64,000 nt of DNA. It comes from Azolla caroliniana (lineage: Eukaryota > Plantae > Polypodiophyta). The position numbers and the translations under genes are program-made. The stretch is from positions 10,292,001 to 10,356,000 of the forward strand of contig JBHGNT010000001.1 of the NCBI GenBank assembly GCA_043228905.1. The letters are read 5' to 3'. The notes below the pieces were generated by a model that saw nothing but the letters and a program-made list of their open reading frames with translations, was not told the origin of the DNA and made no database searches. This document shows, piece by piece, positions 37,307-49,458 of the stretch. Every line of letters begins with the position of its first letter. Position 1 is the stretch's first letter.

Positions 37307-40098
37307 ATCCCACTTAAAAATAGTGTCTGGGATATTGAGTGAGAAATCCTTGCTTAAGTTGCCATGAATTTTGTCGTGTTGGTGAAGGCACAATGTACTC
37401 ACACACACAAGATCTTGATAGAAAAGGGACTTTATTTTAAAGGCTTGAATATAAAGTATATATATTGAGAAAGAAAGAAGTGATGATTTGCAAGGTGTAC
37501 TGTGTAAAATATATAGGGAGATATATATAGTGAGAATTGCAATGGCCACCCATCCCTTGTACTTAATATTCGTGCACCTTTAAATGTAGGATAAGATGTT
37601 GGATCGAATTTCTGTTGAAGCTTCATAGTCACAACATTAGAAGAGCCCATAAAGGGAAATAGGCTTTTTGGGTAGAAACTTGGAAAGATGGGGGTCAATG
37701 TGATAAGAGATGATTTCACTACATGAACATCACATCACATCAAGGGGATGTGCTCTTCTTGTTTGGCGTATCTTTAGGATTCTCAAGCTATATACCCATT
37801 AAAAAGTTGTGCTATTCATTATTTACACGGCTATTCAATATGAAATTATAACAAGAGTTTAAACACAAATAACAAACAGAGAAGCATTTTTAGTGCATGT
37901 TTGGGGTTTTCCTATTCTCACCAAATTTTTAAATAAATATTGGTACCTTGTTAAGAGGAGATGTACATGAAAGTGGTCTCTTTGTTAAGTTGTTTAAAGT
38001 CTCCCTGACCATAATTTTTTGCTACCCCACATTGTGATGAATCATGATTCTACTTTTTGAAGTTCACTTCTTTGTTACAAATATAAGTTCTCTCACTTGT
38101 TGCAAATTTGTGGCATAGCATCCTCAATGTGTTGGAGAGCATTTAATATCTTACTTGTCCAAACTTGACAATATTCTCAACTTATATTTGAAATCTTGAA
38201 TATCTAATATGGCTATAGTAATATGATCTATGAATTTAGGGGAGCAATAGGTTTTAAAAATTGATGGAACCTTGCCTCCAAGACTCGTGTTGCATTGCAT
38301 ATATAATTTATTGAGATGCAAGCATTCTTCATATCAAAGGTCAACTTTGTCATTAAGTTCTTGGGTTGTGGCCCAGAAAAATGTCTACTCCTAGGGACCT
38401 AGGGTTTGAATATTAATTTAATCAATCGGAAAGAGTAACAAGAAGACTAATGTTATAAGAGAAAACAAATATGACGTTCCTTTTGGCTACAATATCCTTC
38501 CCCCACCAACTTGTTTCTCTCCTTGTAGATTGATCAAGGGGAAGGTTTTGGATATGATACGAGTTCTGCATTTTTTAAAACAAATTTGAGAGTTGAACAA
38601 TGGACATGAGCTCACATATAAAGGAGAAGGTTTTGGCACATCAATTCACGACTCTTTTAAGGGTGATGAATTCTTTCAAAATACATAACATTTCCTTCCT
38701 CAAGTAGAGACGTTTTTATATGTTTTAATTTAATTAAAATGCTATGTATTTGACTTTCATGTTGGAAAATGTTCAATTTCAAAATGAATTTTCTCATCTT
38801 TCTAATTAAAGAACAAGTGACATAAATTTTGGGCACTTGTAAAAAACAAATATTAAGAAACATTTGTATATGCACACTCTAGATACAAATTGGAACCCCT
38901 CCAAAACTTTATTTAAAATTTTGCTGTTAACAAACTGGCCTACATTTTTTGGGAAGACCAAAATCCTCATTGACAATTTACCATGATTTCAAATGCAATC
39001 AAAACCAGTAAACCATTCAATCTTTCAACCAGAGCTAGCAATAACCCACCATAAAGATATTTTTAAGCGGTCTCCACATCTCAACTTTGATATAATAAAA
39101 TACTCCATTTCTTCCTATTATTCTCATTGCAAGATTTCTTTTAGATGTATTTTATTGTTTACTTTCTTTTCTCCCTGGATGTAACGTGTTAAAAAACATG
39201 CCTATATGCAAGCACAAAGCCTACTGCCAACTCTGGAATATGCTAAATTCCATTGAAAATCAGTGAAATCCAAATATGTAATAGCATTCCACTCCCCCTT
39301 CGTTTACATATGCAGATGGATGGCAAACATTAACAAGGTTCGAGCCATCATAGATGTACTAACCAATTGATACTAAAAAAGAGACATAATTTTCTGGCTG
39401 CATAAGAGCCAATTACAAAATGTTCAAATCAAATGTTTTACAAGGAATTCAAGCCACATGACAAGTATATAACAGCAAATATAGGATGATGGTAAACCAT
39501 TAATAGATAATGTGGAACCAAACTAGGAAATGATAGTAGCAAATGGTATAAATGATAATATGAACTTTATAAAAACACTACCTATATATGCCGCATTACA
39601 CCAAGCCAAACATGTACCACCTGAGAAAGAATATTCAGTCAAATGCCACCCCAACCTTCAGCAAAAATTTCAAGGTGTCCCCATTGTGTCATAAGGCTCA
39701 AAAACTCATTAATGATGAATAGGAACCTTGAAATAGTTTTAGTACGGCCTTTATAATAGTCAGTGCTTGGGCATAAGAAAAATAACAATCTTAGAACTGT
39801 AAATTTAGAGCTAATAACTGGGTAGACATTATGATTGTCGAAATTAGACATCCAGATCAAGATGCTATTTCATCTTCTTGACGAAATGTACATTAAATGA
39901 GTTTCCTACCAAAGTTCTGGCATCACTTGATTATAAACGTCAAAGGTGACTAGCCACAATTTCAAAGCATGAAGGAAGAATTTATTCAGCAAAAGGTGAA
40001 CAAAACCCAACAGATGTGACTTCAAAACTTTCCAGCTTATTTTGAGAAGTTGGTGTAATGTTATTTTCATCAATAGCTACCCAAACATTGGCTTATGA

Positions 40099-42907
40099 TT
40101 AACCCTCCAGAGCTGCGGCACCGGATATAATCTCAGTAAGCTCAGTTGTAATTGAGGCTTGGCGAGATCTGCATTAATGAACAAGGGACATAAGGAATTT
40201 TATAAACAGAATCAAACTTACTAAGATGTAAGAACTTTCTCATAGAAAAAAACTTTGCAAAGTCCAACCTGTTGTATTTGAGAGTGAGCTTCTCCAACAT
40301 TTCAGTTGCATTCCTTGTCGAGCTATCCATTGCAGACATACGAGCACCTTGCTCACTGCAAGCATTCTCCAAGGAAGCATTGAAAAGCATCTATATAGCA
40401 TCACAATCGGACAGAAACAGCTGGAACAGTCAGCGTTCATTCCAATAATTATGTGAATATGAACCAAGATATTAACTCAAGTTAAACCTAAAAGAATACA
40501 GAATGTTGCAAGCACTTAACATGGGTTTTTCCAGAAAAGAACAATTAAATTATATTTTGGGAATCTCAATCAATAGTCCAAGGAGATAATATTTCAAGAA
40601 CATCCACTATGGCACTTGAGACCTTGAGAAAGAAAGAAATTCAACTAGATCAAAAGGACAATTAGACCATGGAAAAGAAATTACAGCAGAAACTTGTTGG
40701 GCATTTATAAAAAAAGCTTTAAAAGGAATTAGAATATGCTCAACATTCACAAACTTAACATGAGGACATTCCAGGAAGCTAATGTAGGATTTTTTGGCTT
40801 TTCATATTCCACTTGCAAGTAAATGTAAATCGGTGAACCAAAACTTTTAAACATAAAAATAAAAATAAAAAAAACTTCACATAACCTGTTAATTGTGAAG
40901 AAAATTGGAAAAGTGTATACACATGAGTGTCCATGTATGTATGTAGATTCACACAAATGTTTCCACCTCATTTTTCTGTGATGGCCCTATGAGGACTTTT
41001 TCAGAAGTCATTTGAGTTGGAGTTAGGAGAGCTAAGCTTATGATAAGCAAATCTAATCTTTTTCTAAGATTCCCAACAAATAATTCAGGCCATTGAATTA
41101 TTTGTTGTCAATGTCTTGAAAGAACATGAACACCAAATTCCTCTCAAGCTAAGGACATGCTTCGAATTCACTAGCAACATTACAAATTCCTACCATTGAA
41201 ATTGTTCCGTAGTGATGATGTCTTCAGAGAAAATAGAAAACCAAGTTCCCTAACAGCCAAGATATTTCTTAGTGCTGATATTTTAAGAGAAAAATGTATG
41301 CCCAGCTCCATCTCAGGCTACAAAAACGCATAACTTCCATACCTCATTTTGCTTCTAGTTTGGAGATTATGATTGATATTATCAAACAACATGGCCAACC
41401 ATACATTACCAAAAAGTACTAAAACACCAAATAACATTCTTTGATAAACAAGAGAAGACTCTGAAAAATACTTACAGCAGAAAATTGGAACTCAGTCAGG
41501 TTCTGTAGCACTTCCTCTTTGCTATCAGCACCTTCTATTTCATAAGATTCTAATTGGCTAACCTTACCACCACTTTCTGACTCTTTTGCCAACACCTGTT
41601 GCAATAAATGCCACATTAAGAATACTAACACTAACATATGCACAAGGAAACACTCTGAAAAGCCCGCATTTTCCTTTATTGTTCTAATTTTTTTTTCGGT
41701 CAATCAACTTCAAGAATTTAGCAACCTCTCTAAAAGTTATTAGCGGTATTTGAGCAACTATATGGTCAATTCATCCCATTTCTCAATTATAAATGCTATT
41801 TGGGCCAGTATACACTCAGTCGCCTTTGTCTCTCTTGAGAGGGCGAACTGAAGAAATAAAGAAAAACTCAGGGGTATTTCAGAGTTGATCCCTACTATAT
41901 AATCAACAACCAGCAAATTGGAATAAATAATTCTAACCTCCGGAGACAGAATAGTCGCAATAGATGGTTGGAAGGAAACAACAGACGCAAACTTATTGTA
42001 GACCAGCCTAATTGTGTCAAACTCAACATTCTTCAGTATCTCATCAGCAATCATGGATGTCTGCAAAAATTACATAAACCACACAATAAATATTTCCCAC
42101 CATACAATGTTTCTATTGGTTTAAAAACAATAAATATCCAGCCATGTATCCTTGCCTGCATATAACTGATTGGCAACTTTTGTGTTTCTGTGATTACCAT
42201 ATGAATGCTTTTCTTGGAATCACGTTGTAATTGTGCCTTACCTTTCTCACCAATCATAATATATTTTGTAGGCTCCTCAGAATCTGGTTAATGGAAATTG
42301 AGGAAATAAATACTGAGATTATACCGTTTTGAAGTTTTATGTTTCAAATCTACATATGATGATATGTTGGTGAAATGATACATCCACATGCAAGTATGAA
42401 GAATCTCAGAATACATACCATCGATCAACTTCTTAATACATTTGCTATACTTCACAACACCAGAATTGATTCCACCACAGAGACCCCTATCACTGGAGAT
42501 TGCAAGAATCACATTCTTTTTTGAATCAATCTCTGTTCAAAATTCATATCAAAAAATTTTAAAATCTCTAATTCAATATCCACAATCTCGGTCATAAAAC
42601 TTCAAAGTAAATTGGTATGCACCAGGATGATCGCCAATCAAGGCCACAAATGGTTGCCAGAAGCCTCTTGAACTCTCGGTCTTTGATTGGATTCCCCTAA
42701 GTTTAGATGCTGCAACCATCTTCATGGCCTTTGTGATTTTCTGAATACTTTTAACACTTTTCATCCTATTGCGTACTGTAAATAAATGGCCCACCCTTAG
42801 AACAAAGAAGTTAAAGCTCAATTGGCCAGTTTAGCCAACCCTTCCACGATCACCAGAATATTGAAACTGTCGAAAAAATGCAACTTACCAATTTGAGAGG
42901 ATGCCAT
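40099..42907 (-). CDS. ATP3: Mitochondrial F1 ATP synthase gamma subunit, 8 coding exons
   Basis: Exons 42907-42889, 42775-42623, 42532-42419, 42283-42156, 42060-41938, 41595-41476, 40390-40269 and 40168-40099. Motifs: [76 protein letters not shown]. The start codon is the uncertain part. Confidence 0.92.
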
Positions 42908-44890
42908 TATTGCTCCAAATGTAGCTGAAACCTGGATCATTTGAATCTTTAATTTTCCCTTCTCTCTTCTCTCTCCAATCCATGTTATTTTCTTCTAGTG
43001 TATGACAGTGTAGTTTTTATTTTATTTTACATTTACAAATTCCAGTGAAATCTTCAAATTAGGCAATATGCTACTGCATGGCTAGTGTACAATAGTTAAG
43101 CACCAAAGGACCGAAACATCAGAGAAGCCACAGAAAGCAAACGTCCAGATCAGCATGTTGTTGGTTCAGCTAACATTGGGTTCTATTGTATTTGGTGGTG
43201 TCTGTGTCTATTTGTAACTTGTGCCTTATACAATAATCTTGAGATCAGTGAGTGGATGACAGAGAGAGCTAAGATAGAGGTGACTTTGCAGCATGAAAAA
43301 GGCTTGTCATATTTGTTTTGTGAACTTAAATTTCCATTTTAGTGGAAGTGAAAGTCATTTAAGACAGCCGGATTCTCCGGGAATCATAGCTTTATTCCTT
43401 TGTGAGTATGCTCAGTTAAGAATAATCTCAAAGTTTCACACCTGGATTTAGACTCCGAAATAAACTTAAATCATTGCCGGTGTTTCTAGGGTTTGGGCTA
43501 AATCTTAATGCTTTATCTGCAAGAATCACATCTTTACTCCTTTGTGAGTATAATTGGGCAAAAATATTTTGGAAACTTCACATCTGGTTTTAGACTCTGA
43601 AATAGGCTCAAATCATTGACTGTGTTCACATCTGGTTTTAGGCTCTGAAATAGGCTAGAATCGCTTTATCTTCTATTAATTATCAATAAAGGAAATATCA
43701 AAAGGGAAGCGAGTCTTTGGTGCCAGTCTCAAGACCACACTAATCAATGTCTAAAAATAAAATTTTGATTTTGCTTTCTCATTCCCTAGCTTAGGTTTGA
43801 CAAATATGGTTCACATGCTTCCAATATCTTTCCATGTAAATTGTGCTTGGTAATCATGTAAACTCTTTGATCTCACCTACTTCGAAGCTGTTGTACATAT
43901 CATGTATGGATATGCAATATGTATGTGTATGTATATGCCTCTGTGTATATGTATAGAGAAATATATATATAAATAGGACTTGGTAGTTTCCTTGTGAAGG
44001 AAAGAAATAGAAGTTTAGTACCCTTCAAATTACAAACTTCATCAATCCATACTTCGAAAACAATACTGAGAACTGCATGCAATGTCAGCAGAGTATGTAG
44101 TTGAGGGATCCATCCGGTTGCTTATTATGCCAATCCAAACTCAATCTCATCTTTTTGAGAGGGATTTTGGAGATTAATTGAGAAATGCATAAAACTTCTG
44201 AAGAAATGTTGACAAAAACCCATTTCTTCTTCATGAGGCCTGAGGTTTGCACTGCAGAACATTGTCTGCGCACCAAAATCCCAGATCAAGAAAGAAACAA
44301 GCTCCTAAGGTAGCCAAATATGACAGATATCGAACAGGAGAAAGGAAATTTGCACCTTCACAAGGAAGAATGAAAATGCAAATATAGGAGGAGGAGGAGG
44401 AAATAAAATGAAAACACCTACATTTTCTTCTAATATAGCAATAAAATCTTCTGAACGGTGAGGAGAAGGATCAAAGCCTAGAACCTGTCGATTCTTCTCA
44501 GACGAAGAGAAGATCTTAGAAGCTAATGAGAGGAAATCTAAACAGGGTAGACAAAAAAATAAAAGCCGCGAACCTGTAGATTCTTCTCGGAAACCGATCA
44601 GAGCGTCAAAGCTATGGAATGAAAAACGAAGCACAGAAGGACGAAGGGAGAAGGAAGACGAAAGGGGTGTGGGGGACGACGACGAATGAATAGGTAGATT
44701 CTCTTCCGACGACAATCGAGGCTTTGTATCTTTGGAATGCAAAAGTATAACAGACAAGGACAAGAAGAAGACAGAAAGACCGACCTGTAGATGCTGTTAG
44801 GACGACGATCGAAGATCCGAGGCTATGGCAGCAGCAGCAGCAGCAGCAGCAGGAAAAGCAGCTCAGAAACCCTAACACGTGGGGCGTTAA

Positions 44891-45170
44891 TATATGTATG
44901 TATATCTGTATGTCTGTCTGTGTGTATGTATGCATGCATGTATGTATGTATCTCTGTATGTCTGTCTGTATGTATTTATGTGTGTGTCTGTGTATGTATG
45001 TATGTATGTATGTATGTATGTATGTATGTATGTATGTATGTATGTATGTATGTATGTATGTATGTGTATATGTATATGTGTGTGATGTATGTATGTATGT
45101 ATGTATGTATGTATGTATGTATGTATGTATGTCTGTATGTGTATATGTATATGTGTGTGATGTATGTATG

Positions 45171-45241
<71 letters not shown>

Positions 45242-45300
45242 GTGTGTGTGTGTGTATGTATGTATGCGTGTATGTCTGTTTTGGCGCATTCGTGTGTGTG
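44891..45300. repeat. Compound microsatellite (TATG)n/(TATATG)n/(TG)n upstream of the ATP gamma transcription start region
   Basis: Directly visible; it explains the spurious YVCM/HTYI ORFs. Confidence 0.97.
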
Positions 45301-45949
45301 TGGATGGGTGTGGAGAGGGGCGGGCTGTTCAATAATGCTTCCGAGAACCAAAACATAGAGAGAGAGAGAGAGAGAGATTCTATTATCATCTTCGGACGTC
45401 AAATATGACCTATGAGACAAAAAATATTACATTTCATGTAATACATGTGAAAATGAGTAGCGACTCTCAATGTTCGAGAACTTTACCAACGAATGTGTGC
45501 AATCGAAGAGTGCACATTGTGGTTGTGGAGAGAAATTCGTGCAAAGATTGGGTTTGGTCAAAGATATGTGGAAACCATGGTCGAATATGATCAAAGGTAG
45601 AGAAAGAGAGGGAGGGAGGGAGATGAACTCCTCCACCACATACCAAGTCCTGTACATACCACATCACGCGCATGCCTCCCTTCCCTTGCACTTGCCGTTG
45701 ATTCACAAAATCCTCTTGCATCATACTGCCACCTTACTCTATCACTTAGAAGTTTTTGATGATGATAGATCATACACACATTGTTGGCACCATTGACTAT
45801 GGCATGGTTGAGAAGCGAATTGGGCATGATGTCATGAAGAGAACCAACACTAGCTTTTAAGTAAGTCTAGTAGGTGTGAGGACCGTAACTTCTTGTCCCA
45901 ACTTGCTAGGTTCTAGTTGATGATCTTTCTTTGCAAGGTCTTGTCACGT

Positions 45950-46250
45950 GCATTGGCTAAATCTATCACTTGTGGGTAATGCCCTCTTTGTCACTAATGA
46001 GTTCGATGGGAAATCCATAGCAGAGCTAGATGTTTTAGTATAGAGTGGTTGGCAGTTGTAATGTTTTCACTTCAACCCATTTCATGCAATAGTTGATAGG
46101 CAATTATGATGTATTACTTCTAGTTTGGATTGCAACATAAACAAGTTGACAACGTCCATGCCCCATTTGTGAGAGGGTTAAATTGGAGAATGGGTTGATG
46201 AGACCTACAAGCTGCTAACACTTGTCACATACTTTCCTTAATGAGTGTGC
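45950..46250 (-). mobile_element. Decayed Ty3/gypsy integrase core fragment
   Basis: Minus frames give KWGMDVV, INYCMKWVEVK (~IDYFTKWVEA) and GFPIELISDK (~GxPxxLxSDxG). Confidence 0.6.
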
Positions 46251-47127
46251 GTCCCTCACACTTTTGAAAGTTTATGTACTATCCAATGATAATCCAAATC
46301 TAGAAGCCCATCAAGGAACAAGACATAAACTAAAATTCTCCATCAAAATTTGATTTTTCAAATTGTGTTTGACATGATGAACATACTCCTTAAGGGAGTG
46401 AAATCTAAAGTTTGCTTTGTATGGTAATTGATTGTGTTCCTTTTAAGTACATATAGTACTAATAGAATTTATACATACATAAAAAATATATATAAATACT
46501 TATAATCTAAATATCAAAATTTAAACAATAAATGGTTCATATATTCTAGTGGTAAACACTAGGTCTTATGTTGATATGTCTTAAGTTGAGTTTATTCTTG
46601 GCCCTATATAATAAAGTATAATTTCGTCATCGTTAACTACGCCCAAGATAATAAGTATTTTGTTGCTGGAATTATTACTTTGATTTTACGTGCTAATTTA
46701 TGATGAATTAAACTTTTGAGGCAAACATCTTTAACCTTTCAACACAATGGAAATTGAATGTAACATATCAATAAACTCTCACAAAGATCATGTAGAGCCA
46801 AGGAAACGTTGAAGGAAAGTAAAAACAAAAAAAACTAATCGAGTGATGAGAGAGAGGAAAAAGGCTTTTAGGACTTCGATCTAAGTGCAATACCTTGTGA
46901 AAATTGGCAAAATAAACATTTTCCCTACCATAGGGATATATGCATGAAGTTATCGATTTCTTTCCCACGGAGTTTCATACTGAAAGAAATGACACGGCTA
47001 TATATTGTATGTGGGCATATCAAAGCCCTACATTTGACAATTTTCCATATTCCATGCATCATAATTTCTAAACCATCATGTGTACATAGGCATCATCAGT
47101 ATTACAAAAAACCAAGTGAAAATCAAG

Positions 47128-47595
47128 ACATTACCACATGTTAGGATTGTGAAAACAATGGCATACAATAAAAGCATAGGCCGGACACATCCAACCATGG
47201 TCATTACTGCAATGTAAGCATGGTCATTACCACATATATACATATGGTCATTACCACACATACACAATTTAGAAATTACCACATTTTTTCATGGTCACTA
47301 CCACATATAAGCAACTGTGGCCATTACAACATAAAATCCATGTCCATCTACCACATAACCAAATGAAGATGATTACCACATGCAAGGATTTTGAAAACAA
47401 TGCCATAAAATAAAAGCATGGGCCAAACACATTCAACCATGGCCATTACCACAATGTAAGCATGGTCAATACCATATCTAAGCAATATGGAAATTACCAC
47501 ATTTTTACATGGACACTACCGCAAAAAGCTACTGTGGCCATTGCAACATAAACCATCTCCATCAATACCACAAACATAATGGCATGGACATTATT
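47128..47595. repeat. Higher-order tandem repeat: ~21-22 nt monomers (CATGGTCATTACCACAT-like) within two ~220-240 bp units
   Basis: TACCAC recurs about ten times. Long-range match TTACCACATG..GGATT.TGAAAACAATG.CATA.AATAAAAGCAT at 47131 and 47373. Confidence 0.85.
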
Positions 47596-47613
47596 AAGCC
47601 ACCAAAGGTTGTT

Positions 47614-48225
47614 TTATGCAGGTATACGGACATCTTTGTAAGTGCATATATAAGGAGCATCACATCCGATGTATTTACCTGCCCATCGACCCTTATCAAT
47701 ATCACTCGCATTCCAAACCGAAGCATAGAGAAACATCGGCAAACAAGGAAAAGGTTCATCTTCGGATCGATCTACACGGCGGACAACAATGCCATCAATA
47801 AGCCATTCGATGAAATGGGTGGGCACCCATCGGATCTCATACTCGTGGAAATCGGCTGACGAATCGAACCCAAGAGTGTGGATGATTTCTTGGTTACCCA
47901 CACCCTGGGTATAATAGTTGGTTTGAACAATACCCTTGTCTTTACCGAGGAATTCGAAGTCGATCTCATCTTGCGATTTGTCGCCTTCGAGGGAGGAGAG
48001 ATAGAAACTACAGTTGAGGCCAGAGGTGTTTCCGGAAGGGCATTTGATACGGGCACTAAAGGTGCCCATTTCGTATTGCTGAAGAGTTCGCCATCGAGCC
48101 CCACCGATCTCATCGAACCTTATCTCGATTGCATCTTCTTCTTTCTTGTGTTCGCAAACCACGGGATTGTAGTCCACTGCGATTTCATGGATCTTCTTGG
48201 TCGGAATTTGACACCATGACGCCAT
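47614..48225 (-). CDS. EG16: GH16 endo-beta-glucanase, EG16 clade (XTH-related), intronless
   Basis: Catalytic DEIDFEFLG, CPSGNTSGLN.SFYLSSLEG, PMFLYASVWNAS and CDAPY. 203 aa with no signal peptide and no XET_C extension, the hallmark of EG16. Confidence 0.9.
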   Translation of the reverse strand: MASWCQIPTKKIHEIAVDYNPVVCEHKKEEDAIEIRFDEIGGARWRTLQQYEMGTFSARIKCPSGNTSGLNCSFYLSSLEGDKSQDEIDFEFLGKDKGIVQTNYYTQGVGNQEIIHTLGFDSSADFHEYEIRWVPTHFIEWLIDGIVVRRVDRSEDEPFPCLPMFLYASVWNASDIDKGRWAGKYIGCDAPYICTYKDVRIPA

Positions 48226-49372
48226 CTCGTTATGTTCCTTCTTTACTCTCGATTTGCTTCTTCCTTATACCGTTCTTTCCCCCCTTCAAATCCTCCTTCT
48301 TTCTGTATATGTATACATAAAGCCTACAGGTGAGGAGGATAGGGAAAGTATTGGGAAATCTTCAGATTTACCTTCTATTTTCACAAAACTCTCAAAATAC
48401 CCCCCGGGTCGTTTTAGAAATTAGAAAGGAATTAACCTCTGAATATCAACGGTTTTTTATTTATTTCAACAATTTACCCTTGAAAGAGAGAAGAAAAGCC
48501 TCAAATATTGTGAAATGCACATAAGAGATCAAAACCAGTCTACTTAGCTTCTTACTTCTTAATCAATTTATAGTTGATACAACAGAACCCATTTGGGTTG
48601 GCTTGGCTAAACAGGGTGTGCTAAAAGGGTGGGTCAACTTGAGCACATGCATCCTAAAAAGGGTGAGCTAAAAGGGTGGCACAAAGGAACACATGCACAC
48701 CACAATATATACATAAATATAGCACATAGAACTTTTGGAAAATGAAGAAATTGTGTAGGGGTGTAGTGAAGAAATAAAGAGAAACTAGAAGTTTCCCCCT
48801 TCTTTTCAAAACTCTTAAAATACCCTTCTTCTTTCCCTAATCAATGAATGACCACAAAAGTGGACAAGCCACATGAATGCTACTTGATGATGGGGGCGTC
48901 ACACCAATGTACCAAAATTTGTCCATCATTCTCAAGACAAAGGTAAAACATGGTAGAAATGATTGATCATGTGAATTACAATGGTAGAAAGTCATTACTA
49001 TTTATGACATTTTTCGGATGGACAATGCCAATGTGGCATGAACAAAATCAAAAGGTGTTGTTGATGGGGTTAATTAGAACAATCTAAGGCGATGTCAAAG
49101 TAGATTGAGTTGTTAGCTGAACGAAAAGACTTATATAAGCCTAATGTGAAAGTAGGGGATAAATTTGAGTGCCTTTGATGTGAAAGCAAAAGTTTGTGAT
49201 ATTCCCCATGCTACTTTAGCTAGTTGAGACTTTTGAGCGCCAAATTTAGTTGTTTCAACGTTGTATTATTTGCCGCTAAGCTATTGCAATATTGTCCTTA
49301 TGTTCACCGATTTTACTTTAAAATATAATTTTGGATGGACATGTTCCAAAAGAATATATTACTGAGTGTGCA

Positions 49373-49458
49373 TGAATAAATTACAACTCATGATGTGTTC
49401 AAAAGTTTTAAAGCCTGAATAAATTACAACTCATGATGTGTTCAAAAGTTTTAAAGCC
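49373..49458. repeat. Perfect 43-bp tandem duplication
   Basis: TGAATAAATTACAACTCATGATGTGTTCAAAAGTTTTAAAGCC twice. Confidence 0.95.

Noticed and set aside
44612-45420. Long overlapping ORFs rich in YVCM/HTYI (similar ones at 54414-54729)
   Set aside because: They are translations of stop-free TATG microsatellites.
47128-47595. CRISPR-like repeat/spacer appearance
   Set aside because: Eukaryotic context, degenerate repeats, linkers that are short and related to each other, and no cas genes.
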